DNA from: Auanema rhodensis
Taxonomy: Eukaryota > Animalia > Nematoda
Assembly: GCA_964057225.1 (NCBI GenBank)
Contig: OZ059894.1
Location: 23,064,001-23,128,000, forward strand
Direction of reading: 5' to 3'
Length of the DNA stretch: 64,000 nt
Of the stretch, positions 55,601 to 64,000 are shown piece by piece. Every line of letters begins with the position of its first letter. Position 1 is the first letter of the stretch. The notes under the pieces are model-generated. The model was not told the DNA's origin. It saw only the letters and a list, made by a program, of their open reading frames with translations, and did not search any database. The position numbers were made by a program, and so were the translations under genes.

Positions 55601-58600
55601 TTATGCTAATTAAATGTACACGTGATGTGCACTTGGTATGTAACTCGCTTCACGTGAAAGATAAAGAGATGCGGTTTTCAAAATTAGATTCCCCATGTCC
55701 ATATTAGTCTAAAAACAAATTTTTATTGATATTGGTGCATGGTAACCATGTCTTTGAAATTTACGTGAACTTTAATTTATGCTAATTAAATGTACACGTG
55801 ATGTGCACTTGGTATGTAATTCGCTTCACGTGAAAGATAAAGAGATACGGTTTTCAAAATTAGATTCCCGATGTCCATATTAGTCTAAAAACAAATTTTT
55901 ATTGATATTGGTTCATGGTAACCATGACTTTGAAATTTACGTGAACTTTAATTTATGCTAATTAAATGTACACGTGATGAGCACTTGGTATGTAACTCGC
56001 TTCACGTGAAAGATAAAGAGATGCGGTTTTCAAATTTAGATTCCCCATGTCCATATTAGTCTACAAACAAATTTTTATTGATATTGGTGCATGGTAACCA
56101 TGACTTTGAAGTTTACGTGAACTTTAATTTATGCTAATTAAATGTACACGTGATGTGCACTTGGTATGTAACTCGCTTCACGTGAAAGATAAAGAGATGC
56201 GGTTTTCAAAATTAGATTCCCCATGTCCATATTAGTCTAAAAACAAATTTTTATTGATATTGGTGCATGGTAACCATGTCTTTGAAATTTACGTGAACTT
56301 TAATTTATGCTAATTAAATGTACACGTGATGTGCACTTGGTATGTAATTCGCTTCACGTGAAAGATAAAGAGATGCGGTTTTCAAAATTAGATTCCCCAT
56401 GTCCATATTAGTCTAAAAACAAATTTTTATTGATATTGGTTCATGGTAACCATGACTTTGAAATTTACGTGAACTTTAATTTATGCTAATTAAATGTACA
56501 CGTGATGTGCACTTGGTATGTAACTCGCTTCAGGTGAAAGATAAAGAGATGCGGTTTTCAAAATTAGATTCCCCATGTCCATATTAGTCTAAAAACAAAT
56601 TTTTATTGATATTGCTTCATGGTAACCATGACTTTGAAATTTACGTGAACTTTAATTCATGCTAATTAAATGTACACGTGATGTGCACTTGGTATGTAAC
56701 TCGCTTCACGTGAAAGATAAAGAGATGCGGTTTTCAAAATTAGATTCCCCATGTCCATATTAGTCTAAAAACAAATTTTTATTGATATTGGTGCATGGTA
56801 ACCATGTCTTTGAAATTTACGTGAACTTTAATTTATGCTAATTCAATGTACACGTGATGTGCACTTGGTATGTAACTCGCTTCACGTAAAAGATAAAGAG
56901 ATGCGGTTTCCAAAATTAGATTCCCCATGTCCATATTAGTCTAAAAACAAATTTTTATTGATATTGGTGCATGGTAACCATGACTTTGAAATTTACGTGA
57001 ACTTTAATTTATGCTAATTAAATGTACACGTGATGTGCACTTGGTATGTAACTCGCTTCACGTGAAAGATAAAGAGATGCGGTTTTCAAAATTAGATTCC
57101 CCATGTCCATATTAGTCTAAAAACAAATTTTTATTGATATTGGTGCATGGTAACCATGACTTTGAAATTTACGTGAACTTTAATTTATGCTAATTGAATG
57201 TACACGTGATGAGCACTTGGTATGTAACTCGCTTCACGTGAAAGATAAAGAGATGCGGTTTTCAAAATTAGATTCCCCATGTCCATATTAGTCTAAAAAC
57301 AAATTTTTATTGATATTGGTTCATGGTAACCATGACTTTGAAATTTACGTGAACTTTAATTCATGCTAATTAAATGTACACGTGATGTGCACTTGGTATG
57401 TAACTCGCTTCACGTGAAAGATAAAGAGATGCGGTTTTCAAAATTAGATTCCCCATGTCCATATTAGTCTAAAAACAAACTTTTATTGATATTGGTGCAT
57501 GGTAACCATGTCTTTGGAATTTACGTGAACTTTAATTTATGCTAATTAAATGTACACGTGATGTGCACTTGGTATGTAACTCGCTTCACGTGAAAGATAA
57601 AGAGATGCGGTTTTCAAAATTAGATTTCCCAAGTCCATATTAGTCTAAAAACAAATTTTTATTGATATTGGTGCATGGTAACCATGTCTTTGAAATTTAC
57701 GTGAACTTTAATTTATGCTAATTCAATGTACACGTGATGTGCACTTGGTATGTAACTCGCTTCACGTAAAAGATAAAGAGATGCGGTTTCAAAATTAGAT
57801 TCCCCATGTCCATATTAGTCTAAAAACAAATTTTTATTGATATTGGTGCATGGTAACCATGACTTTGAAATTTACGTGAACTTTAATTCATGCTAATTAA
57901 ATGTACACGTGATGTGCACTTGGTATGTAACTCGCTTCACGTGAAAGATAAAGAGATGCGGTTTTCAAAATTAGATTCCCCATGTCCATATTAGTCTAAA
58001 AACAAACTTTTATTGATATTGGTGCATGGTAACCATGTCTTTGGAATTTACGTGAACTTTAATTTATGCTAATTAAATGTACACGTGATGTGCACTTGGT
58101 ATGTAACTCGCTTCACGTGAAAGATAAAGAGATGCGGTTTTCAAAATTAGATTTCCCAAGTCCATATTAGTCTAAAAACAAATTTTTATTGATATTGGTG
58201 CATGGTAACCATGTCTTTGAAATTTACGTGAACTTTAATTTATGCTAATTCAATGTACACGTGATGTGCACTTGGTATGTAACTCGCTTCACGTAAAAGA
58301 TAAAGAGATGCGGTTTCCAAAATTAGATTCCCCATGTCCATATTAGTCTAAAAACAAATTTTTATTGATATTGGTGCATGGTAACCATGACTTTGAAATT
58401 TACGTGAACTTTAATTTATGCTAATTAAATGTACACGTGATGTGCACTTGGTATGTAACTCGCTTCACGTGAAAGATAAAGAGATGCGGTTTTCAAAATT
58501 AGATTCCCCATGTCCATATTAGTCTAAAAACAAATTTTTATTGATATTGGTGCATGGTAACCATGACTTTGAAATTTACGTGAACTTTAATTTATGCTAA

Positions 58601-58603
58601 TTA

Positions 58604-61600
58604 AATGTACACGTGATGTGCACTTGGTATGTAACTCGCTTCACGTGAAAGATAAAGAGATGCGGTATGCAAAATTAGATTCCCCATGTCCATATTAGTC
58701 TAAAAACAAATTTTTATTGATATTGGTGCATGGTAACCATGACTTTGAAATTTACGTGAACTTTAATTTATGCTAATTAAATGTACACGTGATGTGCACT
58801 TGGTATGTAACTCGCTTCACGTGAAAGATAAAGAGATGCGGTTTTCAAAATTAGATTCCCCAAGTCCATATTAGTCTAAAAACAAATTTTTATTGATATT
58901 GGTGCATGGTAACCATGTCTTTGAAATTTACGTGAACTTTAATTTATGCTAATTCAATGTACACGTGATGTGCACTTGGTATGTAACTCGCTTCACGTAA
59001 AAGATAAAGAGATGCGGTTTCCAAAATTAGATTCCCCATGTCCATATTAGTCTAAAAACAAATTTTTATTGATATTGGTGCGTGGTAACCATGACTTTGA
59101 AATTTACGTGAACTTTAATTTATGCTAATTAAATGTACACGTGATGTGCACTTGGTATGTAACTCGCTTCAGGTGAAAGATAAACAGATGCGGTTTTCAA
59201 AATTAGATTCCCCATGTCCATATTAGTCTAAAAACAAATTTTTATTGATAATGGTTCATTGTAACCATGACTTTGAAATTTACGTGAACTTTAATTCATG
59301 CTAATTAAATGTACACGTGATGTGCACTTGGTATGTAACTCGCTTCACGTGAAAGATAAAGAGATGCGGTTTTCAAAATTAGATTCCCCATGTCCATATT
59401 AGTCTAAAAACAAACTTTTATTGATATTGGTGCATGGTAACCATGTCTTTGGAATTTACGTGAACTTTAATTTATGCTAATTAAATGTACACGTGCTGTG
59501 CACTTGGTATGTAACTCGCTTCACGTGAAAGATAAAGAGATGCGGTTTTCAAAATTAGATTTCCCATGTCCATATTAGTCTAAAAACAAATTTTTATTGA
59601 TATTGGTTCATGGTAACCATGACTTTGAAATTTACGTGAACTTTAATTTATGCTAATTAAATGTACACGTGATGTGCACTTGGTATGTAACTCGCTTCAC
59701 GTGAAAGATAAAGAGATGCGGTTTTCAAAATTAGATTCCCCATGTCCATATTAGTCTAAAAACAAATTTTTATTGATATTGGTGCATGGTAACCATGACT
59801 TTGAAATTTACGTGAACTTTAATTTATGCTAATTAAATGTACACGTGATGTGCACTTGGTATGTAACTCGCTTCACGTGAAAGATAAAGAGATGCGGTTT
59901 TCAAATATAGATTCCCCATGTCCATATTAGTCTAAAAACAAATTTTTATTGATATTGGTGCATGGTAACCATGTCTTTGAAATTTACGTGAACTTTAATT
60001 TATGCTAATTAAATGTACACGTGATGTGCACTCGGTATGTAACTCGCTTCACGTGAAAGATAAAGAGATGCGGTTTTCAAAATTAGAATCCTCATGTCCA
60101 TATTAGTCTAAAAACAAATTTTTATTGATATTGGTTCATGGTAACCATGACTTTGAAATTTACGTGAACTTTAATTCATGCTAATTAAATGTACACGTGA
60201 TGTGCACATGGTATGTAACTCGCTTCACGTGAAAGATAAAGAGATGCGGTTTTCAAAATTAGATTCCCCATGTCCATATTAGTCTGAAAACAAATTTTTA
60301 TTGATATTGGTTCATGGTAACCATGACTTTGAAATTTACGTGAACTTTAATTTATGCTAATTAAATGTACACGTGATGTGCACTTGGTATGTAACTCGCT
60401 TCACGTAAAAGATAAAGAGATGCGGTTTTCAAAATTAGATTCCCCATGTCCATATTAGTCTAAAAACAAATTTTTATTGATATTGGTGCATGGTAACAAT
60501 GACTTTGAAATTTACGTGAACTTTAATTTATGCTAATTAAATGTACACGTGATGTGCACTTGGTATGTAACTCGCTTCACGTGAAAGATAAAGAGATGCG
60601 GTTTTCAAAATTAGATTCCCCATGTCCATATTAGTCTAAAAAAAAATTTTTATTGATATTGGTTCATGGTAACCATGACTTTGAAATTTACGTGAACTTT
60701 AATTTATGCTAATTAAATGTACACGTGATGAGCACTTGGTATGTAACTCGCTTCACGTGAAAGATAAAGAGATGCGGTTTTCAAAATTAGATTCCCCATG
60801 TCCATATTAGTCTAAAAACAAATTTTTATTGATATTGGTTCATGGTAACCATGACTTTGAAATTTACGTGAACTTTAATTTATGCTAATTAAATGTACAC
60901 GTGATGTGCACTTGGTATGTAACTCGCTTCACGTGAAAGATAAAGAGATGCGGTTTTCAAAATTAGATTCCCCATGTCCATATTAGTCTAAAAACAAATT
61001 TTTATTGATATTGGTGCATGGTAACCATGACTTTGAAATTTACGTGAACTTTAATTTATGCTAATTAAATGTACACGTGATGTGCACTTGGTATGTAACT
61101 CGCTTCACGTGAAAGATAAAGAGATGCGGTTTTCAAATATAGATTCCCCATGTCCATATTAGTCTAAAAACAAATTTTTATTGATATTGGTGCATGGTAA
61201 CCATGTCTTTGAAATTTACGTGAACTTTAATTTATGCTAATTAAATGTACACGTGATGTGCACTCGGTATGTAACTCGCTTCACGTGAAAGATAAAGAGA
61301 TGCGGTTTTCAAAATTAGAATCCTCATGTCCATATTAGTCTAAAAACAAATTTTTATTGATATTGGTTCATGGTAACCATGACTTTGAAATTTACGTGAA
61401 CTTTAATTCATGCTAATTAAATGTACACGTGATGTGCACATGGTATGTAACTCGCTTCACGTGAAAGATAAAGAGATGCGGTTTTCAAAATTAGATTCCC
61501 CATGTCCATATTAGTCTGAAAACAAATTTTTATTGATATTGGTTCATGGTAACCATGACTTTGAAATTTACGTGAACTTTAATTTATGCTAATTAAATGT

Positions 61601-64000
61601 ACACGTGATGTGCACTTGGTATGTAACTCGCTTCACGTAAAAGATAAAGAGATGCGGTTTTCAAAATTAGATTCCCCATGTCCATATTAGTCTAAAAACA
61701 AATTTTTATTGATATTGGTGCATGGTAACAATGACTTTGAAATTTACGTGAACTTTAATTTATGCTAATTAAATGTACACGTGATGTGCACTTGGTATGT
61801 AACTCGCTTCACGTGAAAGATAAAGAGATGCGGTTTTCAAAATTAGATTCCCCATGTCCATATTAGTCTAAAAAAAAATTTTTATTGATATTGGTTCATG
61901 GTAACCATGACTTTGAAATTTACGTGAACTTTAATTTATGCTAATTAAATGTACACGTGATGAGCACTTGGTATGTAACTCGCTTCACGTGAAAGATAAA
62001 GAGATGCGGTTTTCAAAATTAGATTCCCCATGTCCATATTAGTCTAAAAACAAATTTTTATTGATATTGGTTCATGGTAACCATGACTTTGAAATTTACG
62101 TGAACTTTAATTTATGCTAATTAAATGTACACGTGATGTGCACTTGGTATGTAACTCGCTTCACGTGAAAGATAAAGAGATGCGGTTTTCAAAATTAGAT
62201 TCCCCATGTCCATATTAGTCTAAAAACAAACTTTTATTGATATTGGTGCATGGTAACCATGTCTTTGGAATTTACGTGAACTTTAATTTATGCTAATTAA
62301 ATGTACACGTGATGTGCACTTGGTATGTAACTCGCTTCACGTGAAAGATAAAGAGATGCGGTTTTCAAAATTAGATTCCCCATGTCCATATTAGTCTAAA
62401 AACAAATTTTTATTGATATTGGTTCATGGTAACCATGACTTTGAAATTTACGTGAACTTTAATTTATGCTAATTAAATGTACACGTGATGTGCACTTGGT
62501 ATGTAACTCGCTTCACGTGAAAGATAAAGAGATGCGGTTTTTAAAATTAGATTCCCCATGTCCATATTAGTCTAAAAACAAATTTTTATTGATATTGGTT
62601 CATGGTAACCATGACTTTGAAATTTACGTGAACTTTAATTCATGCTAATTAAATGTACACGTGATGTGCACATGGTATGTAACTCGCTTCACGTGAAAGA
62701 TAAAGAGATGCGGTTTTCAAAATTAGATTCCCCATGTCCATATTAGTCTGAAAACAAATTTTTATTGATATTGGTTCATGGTAACCATGACTTTGAAATT
62801 TACGTGAACTTTAATTTATGCTAATTAAATGTACACGTGATGGGCACTTGGTATGTAACTCGCTTCACGTAAAAGATAAAGAGATGCGGTTTTCAAAATT
62901 AGATTCCCCATGTCCATATTAGTCTAAAAACAAACTTGTATTGATATTGGTGCATGGTAACCATGTCTTTGGAATTTACGTGAACTTTAATTTATGCTAA
63001 TTAAATGTACACGTGATGTGCACTTGGTATGTAACTCGCTTCACGTGAAAGATAAAGAGATGCGGTTTTCAAAATTAGTTTCCCCATGTCCATATTAATC
63101 TAAAAACAAATTTTTATTGATATTGGTGAATGGTAACCATGACTTTGAAATTTACGTGAACTTTAATTTATGCTAATTAAATGTACACGTGATGTGCACT
63201 TGGTATGTAACTCGCTTCACGTGAAAGATAAAGAGATGCGGTTTTCAAAATTAGATTCCCCATGTCCATATTAGTCTAAAAACAAATTTTTATTGATATT
63301 GGTGCATGGTAACCATGACTTTGAAATTTACGTGAACTTTAATTTATGTTAATTAAATGTACACGTGATGTGCACTTGGTATGTAACTCGCTTCACGTGA
63401 ATAATAAAGAGATGCGGTTTTCAAAATTAGATTCCCCATGTCCATATTAGTCTAAAAACAAACTTGTATTGATATTGGTGCATGGTAACCATGTCTTTGG
63501 AATTTACGTGAACTTTAATTTATGCTAATTAAATGTACACGTGATGTGCACTTCGTATGTAACTCGCTTCACGTGAAAGATAAAGAGATGCGGTTTTCAA
63601 AATTAGATTCCCCATGTCCATATTAGTCTAAAAACAAATTTTTATTGATACTGGTGCATGGTAACCATGACTTTGAAATTTACGTGAACTTTAATTTATG
63701 CTAATTAAATGTACACGTGATGTGCACTTGGTATGTAACTCGCTTCACGTGAAAGATAAAGAGATGCGGTTTTCAAAATTAGATTCCCCATGTCCATATT
63801 AGTCTAAAAAAAAATTTTTATTGATATTGGTGCATGGTAACCATGACTTTGAAATTTACGTGAACTTTAATTTATGCTAATTAAATGTACACGTGATGTG
63901 CACTTGGTATGTAACTCGCTTCACGTGAAAGATAAAGAGATGCGGTTTTCAAAATTAGATTCCCCATGTCCATATTAGTCTAAAAACAAATTTTTATTGA
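58604..64000 (+). repeat. Long-range copy of SatB ~49981-54145, with an added internal 7-mer (1232-bp) tandem duplication
   Basis: The offset is 8623 bp before the internal duplication (GGTATGC 50041/58664; TGCTGTGCAC 50871/59494) and 9855 bp after it (GATGGGCAC, TAGTTTCCCC, GATACTGG). AAATATAG occurs at ~59904 and ~61136. Confidence 0.88.

Larger units (their letters stand above)
31597..64000 (+). repeat. Satellite DNA array SatB, 176-bp monomer, about 184 head-to-tail copies, truncated by the window end
   Basis: TAGTCTAAAAAC at 31597 and 63976 are 32379 bp apart = 184x176-5. This matches five visible 1-bp deletions (~33728, 34431, 44629, 46388, 57790). GC is about 32%. Confidence 0.98.

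Noticed and set aside
1-64000. CRISPR array or a named satellite family (e.g. known 176-bp satellites)
   Set aside because: There are no unique spacers between repeats. A length match alone is insufficient, and I do not recognise the sequence as a named family. A database search is needed.

Overview
The window is entirely AT-rich (about 31-32% GC) satellite DNA, with no credible gene, RNA gene or transposon. It spans the boundary between two tandem-repeat families. SatA is a 351-bp satellite (1-28681, about 81.7 copies, no net indel). SatB is a 176-bp satellite (31597-64000, about 184 copies, five 1-bp deletions). The two arrays do not simply abut. A 2.9-kb inverted mosaic lies between them: SatB(-) 199 bp, SatA(-) 1272 bp, SatB(-) 1380 bp, then a 58-bp perfect fold-back arm. 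The boundary therefore forms two consecutive kb-scale inverted repeats, one for each satellite. Both arrays show variant-defined higher-order duplications (SatA 2-, 3-, 6- and 7-mers; SatB 2-, 3-, 4-, 5-, 7- and 15-mers plus 3.2-kb and 8.6-9.9-kb offsets). Each SatA monomer carries a 67-nt hairpin whose variants mostly fall in unpaired positions. Each SatB monomer carries clustered CACGTG/TACGTG motifs. The picture fits eukaryotic (peri)centromeric or heterochromatic DNA, but I cannot identify the species or satellite families. All counts were made by eye.
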